From an uncultured cyanobacterium (GTDB lineage Bacteria; Cyanobacteriota; Cyanobacteriia; Leptolyngbyales; Leptolyngbyaceae): 34,474 bases of DNA. This document shows, piece after piece, positions 1 to 8,732 of the stretch. The stretch spans positions 1 through 34,474 of the forward strand of contig CAVYAN010000094.1 of assembly GCA_963766075.1 (NCBI GenBank). Reading direction: 5' to 3'. Each line of letters opens with the position of its first letter. Position 1 is the first letter of the stretch. The translations under genes were made by a program, and so were the position numbers. A model generated the notes under the pieces. The model saw only the letters and a program-made list of their open reading frames with translations, was not told the origin of the DNA and ran no database searches.

Positions 1-969
1 ATGGCCCCGGGGGGCGGACCCTGCCAAGGCATCGGTGATCAGTTGGCGATCGCGCAGGCTGATTAACCGTTCTGGGCTGGCTCCTAAAAAGGTTTGTCCT
101 TGGCCATTGCTGGTAGCAAAAATATAACAATCGGGATGGCGAATCCGCAGGTTGTGCAGCGAATGGGTGAGATCAAACGGCAGCGGCGATCGCACATCCA
201 CGGCATGGGCCAGCACAATTTTGTGAAAAACCCGGCGATCGATCAAGTTCAGCGCCGACCGCACGCCCTGTTGAAAATGGCTGGTGGCATTGACATCTTG
301 GAGGGTGGGTAGGGTAGGCGATACCAACCGGGGGGGCAAACTTTCGTACTCAATCGCCCGCACAATTTCTAATGTCTGCCAGAGTTTATCCACGACGGAT
401 TCTAAATGAATGCCCGCATGAATGGCCACATTGGCCACAAAGGTGCCCTGAGTTCCTTGGCGAGCCACTTGCCAACTGGGCAACGCAATGGTGGTCGCTG
501 GAAAGGGGGCGTGGCGCTGGATATTATTATCAAAAAATGTGAAACTGCCAAAAAAATGGGGACCCGATAAAGGGCGATCTAAATCCCCGAGTAAAACGGT
601 ACTTTCCAGCGTGGAGTTAACAAAGGCTTTGGCTGACTTAAATCGATTTGGCCCTTCGACTTTGAGATAAACCGCGGCGTCGATCGCAGCGATCGCGTAG
701 TAGGGATCGGTCAATGTCCAGGGATTTTCCGCAGATTCATCGGTTAAATCATGATGATGGGACGCCCGTTTTTCAAAATAGGAACTGAGCTGATCGGGAC
801 TCGCCAACCGATCTAGGACCAGGAGGGGATCGACAGGGGCGATCGCCCAGGAAATACTAATGATTTGTGATCGATTTTTTTCTAGGGATTCTTGTTTGCA
901 AGCGGATAGAAACTGATATAAATCCCGACGGTTCTGAAATAGAGTTTTGCTGGATGGCGTGACTCGCAT
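1..969 (-). CDS. menF: Isochorismate synthase (3' end runs off the window)
   Basis: Absent from the ORF track. I translated it by hand from ATG at 969: MRVTPSSKTLFQNRRDLYQFL...KIVLAHAVDV...SLHNLRIRHPDCYIFATSNGQGQTFLGASPERLISL...TDALAGSAPRG. These are chorismate-binding enzyme motifs. Divergent from menA. Confidence 0.93.
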   Translation of the reverse strand, partial: MRVTPSSKTLFQNRRDLYQFLSACKQESLEKNRSQIISISWAIAPVDPLLVLDRLASPDQLSSYFEKRASHHHDLTDESAENPWTLTDPYYAIAAIDAAVYLKVEGPNRFKSAKAFVNSTLESTVLLGDLDRPLSGPHFFGSFTFFDNNIQRHAPFPATTIALPSWQVARQGTQGTFVANVAIHAGIHLESVVDKLWQTLEIVRAIEYESLPPRLVSPTLPTLQDVNATSHFQQGVRSALNLIDRRVFHKIVLAHAVDVRSPLPFDLTHSLHNLRIRHPDCYIFATSNGQGQTFLGASPERLISLRDRQLITDALAGSAPRGH

Positions 970-1299
970 GTAACCAACGCAATAGAATTTCTTCTCAGTA
1001 TAAGGGCGCGATCGCCCACGCTGAGCGGCATTGAGACTTTATGCCGGGGTCTGAGTACTGGGGCAAAGGGTGAAAACTCCATGGAGAGGGGATTTTCCGA
1101 ACTGTTGCAAAATTTGAAGCGCTGTTACGTTCCGCAAACAGCCAGAACCCCAGGATTGTAGAATGATGAAGCTTTGACCGGTAGGTGGCCGCAACGGTTG
1201 GCTCTATGGTGCGTGGCCTCTCCTTGTCTTGCCCTGTATCTATCCTGTATCGATACTTTCTTGATCCGTACTCCCTCCAGTTGTATGCCCCTGGTCCGC

Positions 1300-2199
1300 A
1301 TGACTCCCCAAACCCTTGACCGTTCCTCGAAAAAGCTCTGGTTTGCAGCGATCAAGCCACCCATGTATACCGTGGCGATTATGCCGATCTGGGTGGGGAC
1401 AGCGGTGGCGTTTGCCACAACGCGGCGGTTGGAGTGGAGGGTGTTTCTGACTTTTTTGGTGTCGGCAATTTTAATTTTAGCCTGGGAAAATCTGAGTAAC
1501 GATGTGTTCGACTCGGAAACCGGGGTGGATGTCAATAAGGCAGAGTCACTCGTGAATCTAACGGCAAATAAGCCGCTGATTTTTTGGATTGGCAATGCCT
1601 GTTTGGCCGCAGGATTAGTGGGGGTGGGGGCGATCGCCCTCGGACAACAAGACTGGACTGTGATTGGGCTGATTGGGATCTGCTGTGCCTTGGGCTATGC
1701 CTATCAGGGACCGCCGTTCCGCCTGGGCTATCACGGCCTGGGCGAATTCCTCTGCTTTTTTGCCTTTGGTCCCATTGGGTTTGCAGCAGTGTACTACAGC
1801 CAGACCCGGGCTTGGTCAGGGGTAGGCTTGGCGGCTTCGGTAATTGTCGGCTTGGCCACCAGTATTGTGCTGTTTTGCTCGCATTTTCATCAGGGACAAG
1901 ACGACATCGCCGTTGGCAAGCGATCGCCCATCGTTCGTCTCGGCACTGCCAACGCGGCCAAGCTGCTGCCCTGGCTCAGCGGCAGTCTCTACGGATTGAC
2001 CGTGGTGTTTGTGCTAGGGGGCTTTTTCCCCATGGCTACCCTACTGATATTCCTCAGCGTGCCCGTAGCCATCAAGCTTTGTCAGCATGTGCTGCGCCAC
2101 CACGATCAACCCGAAAAAGTGCGCAACAGCAAATACATTGCCGTGGTGTTGCACTTTTGGAGTGGGCTGTTGTTGGGGGTCGGTTTTATTGTGGGATGA
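1300..2199 (+). CDS. menA: DHNA phytyl/polyprenyltransferase (UbiA family)
   Basis: KLWFAAIKPPMYTVA, NLSNDVFDSETGVDVNK, YQGPPFRLGYHGLGE and DDIAVGKRSPIVRLG motifs; multi-TM. Start at ATG 1300 or 1285 is more plausible than TTG 1174. Confidence 0.93.
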   Translation: MTPQTLDRSSKKLWFAAIKPPMYTVAIMPIWVGTAVAFATTRRLEWRVFLTFLVSAILILAWENLSNDVFDSETGVDVNKAESLVNLTANKPLIFWIGNACLAAGLVGVGAIALGQQDWTVIGLIGICCALGYAYQGPPFRLGYHGLGEFLCFFAFGPIGFAAVYYSQTRAWSGVGLAASVIVGLATSIVLFCSHFHQGQDDIAVGKRSPIVRLGTANAAKLLPWLSGSLYGLTVVFVLGGFFPMATLLIFLSVPVAIKLCQHVLRHHDQPEKVRNSKYIAVVLHFWSGLLLGVGFIVG

Positions 2200-2248
2200 A
2201 CGTGTTGCATGCGCGGGTTCAATGAACAGCGGGGAATGCAGGGGTAAA

Positions 2249-3274
2249 ATGAACGTTCAATTTCGCGCCTATGCCCGCCCATTCAAACAGCCGTTGTCTA
2301 CGCGCCATGGTGATTGGTGCGTACGGCAAGGTGTGATTGTGCGATTGACGGATGAACAGGGGCGGAGCGGCTTTGGTGAAATTGCACCGATTCCCTGGTT
2401 TGGATCAGAAACACTGGAGCAGGCGCTGGCGTTTTGTCACGGGCTATTGGGAGAAATAACGCGGGGGGCGATCTCGACTATCCCCGCCGCTTTGCCCGCT
2501 TGTCAATTTGGATTTGAGTCAGCGGTGGAAATGCTAAAAATGGGGTCAGGCGCTCAGGGACAGCAGACTCAGAGACAGCAGATATTGCCCCAGCAACCCC
2601 ACAGCGCTCTTTTGCCACCCGGAGAGGCAGCGTTAGGAATCTGGCAAGGATTATGGGCTGAGGGGTTCCGCACTTTTAAATGGAAAATCGGCAGCATAAA
2701 CAGTCGAGATGAATTGCAGCTTCTCAACTGCCTGCGGCGGGCGTTGCCCCCGGAGGCACGGCTCCGACTGGATGCAAATGGTGGGTTGACCTGGGCCATG
2801 GCGAAGGACTATCTGGCAGCCTGTGATGCCTTGGCCGCAGCCGGATGGGCCATCGAGTTTTTGGAGCAGCCCCTACCCCCTGAGGAATTTGACGCCATGC
2901 AGGACTTGGCCCAGTCCCATTACACGCCCCTGGCCTTGGATGAATCTGTAGCGACATTGCCTCACTTGCAGGGGTACTATCAATTGGGCTGGCGTGGGGT
3001 CTTTGTGATTAAACCCGCGATCGCGGGATCGCCGACCCAACTGCGGCAGTTTTGCCACGCTCAGGCTTTGGATATAGTATTTTCCTCAGCATTGGAAACG
3101 GAGGTGGGCCGTTGGGCGGGGTTGCGGCTGGCGGCAGAGTTAGCCACGGGCGATCGCGCGCAGGGGTATGGCACGGCCCACTGGTTTGCGGAGGCCCCCT
3201 TTTCGGAGGCCCCTTTCTCGGCAGCACCCCTGGAGGATTTTGAACAGTTATGGCAGAGTCTTTCACCGACCTAA
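2249..3274 (+). CDS. menC: o-succinylbenzoate synthase (enolase superfamily)
   Basis: GFGEIAPIPWFGSETLE, FKWKIG, LRLDANG, FLEQP, ALDES and VIKP motifs; lies between menA and menE. Start inferred at ATG 2249. Confidence 0.92.
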   Translation: MNVQFRAYARPFKQPLSTRHGDWCVRQGVIVRLTDEQGRSGFGEIAPIPWFGSETLEQALAFCHGLLGEITRGAISTIPAALPACQFGFESAVEMLKMGSGAQGQQTQRQQILPQQPHSALLPPGEAALGIWQGLWAEGFRTFKWKIGSINSRDELQLLNCLRRALPPEARLRLDANGGLTWAMAKDYLAACDALAAAGWAIEFLEQPLPPEEFDAMQDLAQSHYTPLALDESVATLPHLQGYYQLGWRGVFVIKPAIAGSPTQLRQFCHAQALDIVFSSALETEVGRWAGLRLAAELATGDRAQGYGTAHWFAEAPFSEAPFSAAPLEDFEQLWQSLSPT

Positions 3275-4692
3275 TGCAGCATGTCCACAGGGATTGGCTG
3301 GTGGGCTGCGATCACGACACCTTTTTGCAACTGACGACCGAAATTCATCGGCGGTTGGCAGCCTATAAAGCACGCGTGGCGGCGAAACAATCGCCGAATC
3401 ATCCGCCGCTCCGGATCCTGCTAGCCGAACCCGATCCGGTGCAATTTTTGGCCCGATTGCTGGCAGCCATAACCACGAGTCACTGTCATTTATTCTTGGG
3501 TAATCCTGATTGGAGTAGTCGCGAGTGGCAGCAGGTCTTTGACCAAGTACAGCCGGATGTGGTTTGGTGCCCTCCTGCTGTGATGGAAAATTGGGCAAGG
3601 CTAGATTGGACCCAGGGCGCTCATCCGTTGGATGCACCCATGGCAGAGCCAGTCCAAACCATCCTGCATCCGGACACGTTGATTATGGTGCCGACGGGAG
3701 GCTCCTCGGGGCACATTCGCTTTGTGATGCATACCTGGGAAACGCTGATGACGGCAGTCAAAGGCTTTCAGGCGTATTTTCAGGCCCAAACCGTGAATTC
3801 TTTTTGTGTCTTGCCGCTATATCACGTCAGTGGATTAATGCAGGTGTTGCGATCGCTGACCTCTGGCGGCAGACTGGTGGTGATGCCGTTTAAAGCCCTG
3901 ATGGGGGGCGATCGCGGCAGCATCGATCCCGCAGATTTTTTTCTGTCCCTGGTGCCTACCCAACTGCAACGCTTGCTGCAAAACCGAGATCATGCCCGTT
4001 GGCTATCGCGCTTTCATACGATTTTGCTGGGGGGAGCGCCCGCCTGGAATGAGCTTTTGGCCACAGCGCGCAGTCAGCGGCTGCGCCTCGCCCCCACCTA
4101 CGGCATGACTGAAACAGCCGCCCAAATTGCGACGCTCAAACCGCAGGACTTTCTGCAGGGCGCCACCAGTTGTGGACAAGTTCTACCCCATGTGCAGATT
4201 CAGGTGCGTCGTCTTTCGGGAGAATCTCTGGATTCCCGACACCCCGGTACATTAACCATTCAATCCGCAGCCGTGGCTCTGGGGTACTATCCCCAGTTCT
4301 TTCCGCAACGGGAATTCTCAACGGATGATTTGGGCTTTGTGGACGCCCAAGGCCATCTCCACATCGTGGGGCGCTATAGCGATAAAATTATTACTGGCGG
4401 AGAAAATGTTTATCCGGCGGAAGTCGAAGCCGCAATCCGGGCCACAGGTTTTGTTCAGGATGTTGGCGTGATTGGCCTCGGCGATCGCCAGTGGGGCCAA
4501 GTCATCATTGCCCTTTATGTGCCCGTTCATCCCCATCTCACACCAACCCTGCTCCAGGATGCCCTCCAGCGCACCCTCAGTAAATTCAAGCATCCAAAGC
4601 ATTGGATTGCGCTGGAGAAGCTACCCCGCAATGCCCAGGGCAAGTTAAATCGGCCAGTTCTGGAGCAGTTGGCTCAGAGCGCGATCGCGTGA
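3250..4692 (+). CDS. menE: 2-succinylbenzoate-CoA ligase
   Basis: AMP-binding motifs PTGGSSG, LPLYHVSGLMQ, TYGMTET, IITGGENVYPAEVE and LPRNAQGK; overlaps the menC stop. Confidence 0.93.
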   Translation: MAESFTDLMQHVHRDWLVGCDHDTFLQLTTEIHRRLAAYKARVAAKQSPNHPPLRILLAEPDPVQFLARLLAAITTSHCHLFLGNPDWSSREWQQVFDQVQPDVVWCPPAVMENWARLDWTQGAHPLDAPMAEPVQTILHPDTLIMVPTGGSSGHIRFVMHTWETLMTAVKGFQAYFQAQTVNSFCVLPLYHVSGLMQVLRSLTSGGRLVVMPFKALMGGDRGSIDPADFFLSLVPTQLQRLLQNRDHARWLSRFHTILLGGAPAWNELLATARSQRLRLAPTYGMTETAAQIATLKPQDFLQGATSCGQVLPHVQIQVRRLSGESLDSRHPGTLTIQSAAVALGYYPQFFPQREFSTDDLGFVDAQGHLHIVGRYSDKIITGGENVYPAEVEAAIRATGFVQDVGVIGLGDRQWGQVIIALYVPVHPHLTPTLLQDALQRTLSKFKHPKHWIALEKLPRNAQGKLNRPVLEQLAQSAIA

Positions 4693-4764
4693 CTACCGAT
4701 TCAGGCGCATTCGCTACGCGATCGGCCTATATGAGTAATTGATGCGGCGACCTGGTTGGGTGAT

Positions 4765-5175
4765 TTATGCCCAGGCGGCTAGCCAAGTCATCATCAAGTC
4801 AGACAGTTCCTGTCGGGATCGCTGCTCCACGTCAATACAAACATGACGGGTGATCGCCCGTCCTAAAATCTGATCCGGCACAGATTCCAAAGCAATTTGG
4901 TAGGCAATTTCAAACTCTGTGGCGGTGCAAGGGCGGGGGGTAAGCCGAATCTGGAGGCGATCGCCACAAATCATGGGGCGCAAAAAGTCCACACTCGCAT
5001 GAACAATGGGCACCGCCGTCGCCCGCCGACTAAAGAATTCGGATAAATCAATGTCAGAGGCCGCCAGCGACGCTTCATACGCCTCATGACACATCACTAG
5101 CACATTGGCAAAGTACACAACCCCCGCCGCATCAGTATCATGGAATCGGACAACCCGATGATAGAGAAATGGCAT
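4765..5175 (-). CDS. 1,4-dihydroxy-2-naphthoyl-CoA thioesterase (hotdog/4HBT family)
   Basis: VRFHDTDAAGVVYFANVLVMCHEAYEASL motif; adjacent to the men genes. Confidence 0.88.
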   Translation of the reverse strand: MPFLYHRVVRFHDTDAAGVVYFANVLVMCHEAYEASLAASDIDLSEFFSRRATAVPIVHASVDFLRPMICGDRLQIRLTPRPCTATEFEIAYQIALESVPDQILGRAITRHVCIDVEQRSRQELSDLMMTWLAAWA

Positions 5176-5231
5176 CGTAGAAAGAGGACCACAACGTCAA
5201 AATAAGGACTCGCCACCCCGGCAAATAATCC

Positions 5232-5645
5232 TCACTTAGGCACCTTAAACCCAGCCTTTTCAGCCGTTGCTGCGTCCTTAAAGCAGATATCCGGCTTCAC
5301 TTTGGCATAGTCAGGACTTTTCGCCGTTTGGTAAATATTGCCGCGCTTCTTAGTCACCGTTCCCTTAACCAAGGCATTGGGGGGACAGTTAGTGGCGTCC
5401 TTGGGCTTCATACCCAACTTCATCGTTTCTGCTGGAATCACAGGCTTGGCCACCGGGGCGGCGGCGGTGGGCGCAACGGCGGGCGCAGGCGGCGGCGAGG
5501 CCGCTTCCTCAGGATTTTTGCTGCAAGCAGGCAACCCTACCATTGCAGTTAAGACAAGGAGCACAAACGCATGGCGGGGATTCAACATCGCTTTAATTCC
5601 AAACATAGCTTTGATTCCAGTCATTATTTCAGTAAAAGTATTCAT
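5232..5645 (-). CDS. Small putative lipoprotein with Pro/Ala linker and a short C-terminal Cys-containing domain
   Basis: Hydrophobic stretch ending in lipobox-like LPA-C, Pro/Ala linker, C-terminal C-x5-VKG...IY...Y...PDICF...AEKAGF. Start may be ATG 5588. Confidence 0.7.
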   Translation of the reverse strand: MNTFTEIMTGIKAMFGIKAMLNPRHAFVLLVLTAMVGLPACSKNPEEAASPPPAPAVAPTAAAPVAKPVIPAETMKLGMKPKDATNCPPNALVKGTVTKKRGNIYQTAKSPDYAKVKPDICFKDAATAEKAGFKVPK

Positions 5646-6072
5646 TAGAGCAAATCGACTTAGAGCAAATCGATGATGGGATGCTAGCCCAATTCAATTC
5701 TGGTCCAATCGAATGCGGCATTTTAGATCCAATGTCCACCGGCATCATAGGCGAGAGCGCACCCATTCGATAAAAAATTATGCCGATGCCGTCTTGATAC
5801 CGTCTACTATGCCGTATTCGATACCCTCGACTCTGCAGTATCCAAACAAGGCTAATCCTACCTAAACGTTGCCAAATCCAAGCCAGTTCAGGAGGAGCAT
5901 AAAAACCCCCAACTACCCCAAGTTCAGGAGGAGCTGAGGGTTATTCCAACTGAGGGTATCGCCCGTTATGCCATAGCCAATTGGTTTTGGCATGCCACTT
6001 GTCACCAGTCAGGTTGCCCCGACGAACTAGCGCTCAATCAGCTCAGGATTCTATGAAAAAACCTACCGACCC

Positions 6073-6178
6073 AGATTGCTCCCTTCGACTCCGCTCAGGG
6101 AAAGACCTCCCGCTGGCTGAGCGGAGCCGAAGCCAGCAGAGCCCAAGCCAGCGGGATTATTTCTTGGAAATGGCCTCA
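6073..6178. repeat. Degenerate copy of the MITE-like element at 18767-18893
   Basis: Shares CCCTTCGACT(C/T)CGCT(C/T)AGGG...GCTGGCTGAGCGGAG(C/T)CG...AGCCAGCGGG with the other copy. 6160-6178 resembles the terminal repeat. No clear left TIR. Confidence 0.7.
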
Positions 6179-6219
6179 CATGCGATCGCCCAGCGCACGA
6201 CACGATTAGCCCAGAATCA

Positions 6220-6573
6220 TTAGCCCACAGTGACTTGATCGGTGGTGACTGCCGATGCACCGTTGACGTTATTGGCCACTTCAATCATTTTGTTGAGGAT
6301 GTCTTGGCTGGGCACTTCGCCCTTCAAGACCACCGTGGTCCCCAATTGGGCCACCCACAGGGTGTCAACATCCGCCAAGGTATCATCTTGGTCAAAGGCC
6401 AGCGCGACCCGCTTTGCTAGACCGCTTTGGTCATATTCACCGGTTAGACCGAGGCGTTCGGGCGGGATTTCAGCAGGTGCATCCGCAGGCTGTTGTTCCG
6501 CGGGCGCAGGGGCGGGATTCACTTCCGCATTGGCGGGTTTATCATGTCCAAAAATTCGCTGTAGCCAACCCAT
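6220..6573 (-). CDS. BON-domain (putative phospholipid-binding) protein
   Basis: ERLGLTGEYDQSGLAKRVALAFD...LWVAQLGTTVVLKGEVP...VNGASAVTTDQV, typical of the small cyanobacterial BON family. Confidence 0.82.
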   Translation of the reverse strand: MGWLQRIFGHDKPANAEVNPAPAPAEQQPADAPAEIPPERLGLTGEYDQSGLAKRVALAFDQDDTLADVDTLWVAQLGTTVVLKGEVPSQDILNKMIEVANNVNGASAVTTDQVTVG

Positions 6574-6797
6574 AATTGCTTCTCCAGTAAGAAATGACTA
6601 ACACAGAAACGGTATGCCTGGATTTCCTGTTCGGGCACCCAGAGTTACCATCATGGCTGAAATCGTTCTCGAAATAAACGTTTACTCTGTCCAAAAATAC
6701 AGGGGAATCACGTAAATCCCCATAAAGCAAAGGTTAAGGACGGTTGGACAATGAGGCGGTAGAAGTGGGGTAGGGAGGCAGGGAATGTGGGCGGGCT

Positions 6798-8732
6798 TCA
6801 TCTGGCTCCGGCGGGGTTGGCCGTCACCTGGATGTAAAAATTTTCCAGCGATCGCACACAGTCAACGTCATCATACAAACGGTCTGCCCCCGCTAAGAGC
6901 TGCTCCGCGATCGATCGTCGCCACGCCAAATCCAGCCCTAATCGAGTGGCGATCGCCACATAATCCTCGGCAGACTGGGCAATGGTTTGGGTCACCCCCA
7001 ACCGCTGCAAAATCGCGGCTGAGTGTCGCCCCCGCATAAATGCGCTGGGGTAGGTCACGACAGGCAGCCCATAGGCCACCGCCTCTAAGGTACTATTGCC
7101 CCCCGACCAAGCGGGCGTATCCAGGGCCACATCACTGATGTGATTGAGGCACCAAAAGCTGAGGCGATCCAGCTTGTTCAAAAAAATGCAGAACCTGGCG
7201 GCCACCAAGCCCACCGCCGCAAAGGCCCGCTCTAGACGCTGGCGAAACTGCCTCACGCCATGGGTCGAGCCATGCTTCAGAAAAACAAACTGGGCCTGGG
7301 GCACCCGCCGCGCAATTTCCGCGAACAACGGATCATACTGCGGCAAATATTTAAACGGCGATTGAAACGATAAATAAATCACGGCGTCATCCCGCAGACC
7401 AAAGTGCGATCGCGCCCGCTCCACCTCTGGCGGTGGCGGTTTGGGATAGGAGATGCCAATGTGCGGCAACCGAATCAGCGTTTCCGTATAGTGCTGCGGG
7501 GCCAACTCTGGCTCCATCAGCTCAGAGGAAAGGTAATAGTCCACCGTGGGTAACCCCGAAGTGACGGGGTGTCCCCAGGCCGTACATTGCACTGGAGCCA
7601 GTCTCAGAGCCGCGATCTGGGTCGTCTTGGGATCCATGCCAATATCGGTAAACACCAACACATCGAGCTGATCGTCCACCACCTGTTGGCCAATTTCGGC
7701 CACAGACTGGGGCAGGTGGCGAAACACATCACTCAGATCGCGCAGCTCCTGGGTGATGAAGTCTACCGGCGGGCTAATGTGATAGGTATAAATTTCAAAT
7801 TGGCTGCGATCGCGATGCCGCAGCCACCCCCGCACCCAGGCCGCCGCACTGTGCGCCATCATGTGGGCCGACAGGTAGCCGATCCGCAGTTTTCGGCGGG
7901 CCAGAGGGCTGGCGGGCTGGGGCCTCTCGATCCGTGGAGTGGCCCAGTCGGGGAAATTAGCCGCCATGATGCGATGGACAAAGTGGCCGTATTTCCGCTG
8001 CACGCCGCGATCGTTCAGTCCCTGGTAGGCTAGATAGAAATTGGTATGGCAGTTCAGCCCCCGCAGAGCCAAGGCGCGGCCCTCGGCAGTGGTTAAATCC
8101 GTCTGGTGGATGAGATGATTGAGCTGCCGACAAAACCGCTGGCGATGCGGCCCGATGTGCGCTGGAACGTCATACAGAAGAGGGAGAATCAGATGGCTTT
8201 TCCAGAAGGCTTCGGCATGGTCGGGCTGGAGTTGCAACGTCAATTGGTACTGGGCGATCGCCTTTTCCGTTTGTCCCTGTTCCTCCAGGGCACGGCCCAA
8301 AATATAGTGCCACTCAGCGGTGGGCCGCAGCCACACGGCCTGTTGCAGCCGCAGCACCGCCTCATCCCAGTTATTTTGAGCCAACAGCAACTTACCCAAA
8401 AAGGCTTGGCCCTCGGCAGATTTCGGCTCAATCTGCAAGGCTTGCTTCATATGGGCGATCGCCGCTTCCGTGCGGCCCACCAAATGCAACGCCAAAGCCA
8501 AGTTTTGGTGTCCGCTCGCCAAGCCGGGATGAACCTGCACGGCTTGCCGATAGGCTGCAATCCCGGCGTCCAACTGTTGCATCTGGCAGTACAACACCCC
8601 CAGCAGGTTTAGCGCCGGGGCATGCTGGGGGTGCTCCTGCAGGATCTGCTGCACCAACGCCACCGCCTCGGACAAATTCCCCGCCTGCTGCTGGCGTACC
8701 GCCGCCGCAAAAATATCGGCGATCGCCCTCAT
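6798..8732 (-). CDS. TPR-containing O-GlcNAc/O-fucosyl transferase, SPINDLY/GT41-like
   Basis: N-terminal TPR repeats, then LRIGYLS..HS, DVLVFTDIGM, RLAPVQCTAWGHPVTSGLPTVDYYLS, QSPFKY and DVALDTPAWSGGNSTLEA. Start at ATG 8732 (MRAIADIF). Confidence 0.85.
   Translation of the reverse strand: MRAIADIFAAAVRQQQAGNLSEAVALVQQILQEHPQHAPALNLLGVLYCQMQQLDAGIAAYRQAVQVHPGLASGHQNLALALHLVGRTEAAIAHMKQALQIEPKSAEGQAFLGKLLLAQNNWDEAVLRLQQAVWLRPTAEWHYILGRALEEQGQTEKAIAQYQLTLQLQPDHAEAFWKSHLILPLLYDVPAHIGPHRQRFCRQLNHLIHQTDLTTAEGRALALRGLNCHTNFYLAYQGLNDRGVQRKYGHFVHRIMAANFPDWATPRIERPQPASPLARRKLRIGYLSAHMMAHSAAAWVRGWLRHRDRSQFEIYTYHISPPVDFITQELRDLSDVFRHLPQSVAEIGQQVVDDQLDVLVFTDIGMDPKTTQIAALRLAPVQCTAWGHPVTSGLPTVDYYLSSELMEPELAPQHYTETLIRLPHIGISYPKPPPPEVERARSHFGLRDDAVIYLSFQSPFKYLPQYDPLFAEIARRVPQAQFVFLKHGSTHGVRQFRQRLERAFAAVGLVAARFCIFLNKLDRLSFWCLNHISDVALDTPAWSGGNSTLEAVAYGLPVVTYPSAFMRGRHSAAILQRLGVTQTIAQSAEDYVAIATRLGLDLAWRRSIAEQLLAGADRLYDDVDCVRSLENFYIQVTANPAGAR

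Noticed and set aside
94..1082. Short ORFs 94..312, 488..670 and 882..1082
   Set aside because: Antisense or out-of-frame shadows of menF.
5779..5830. Four degenerate ~11-12 bp repeats (GATRCCGT-like)
   Set aside because: Too short and divergent to assign a function from sequence alone.
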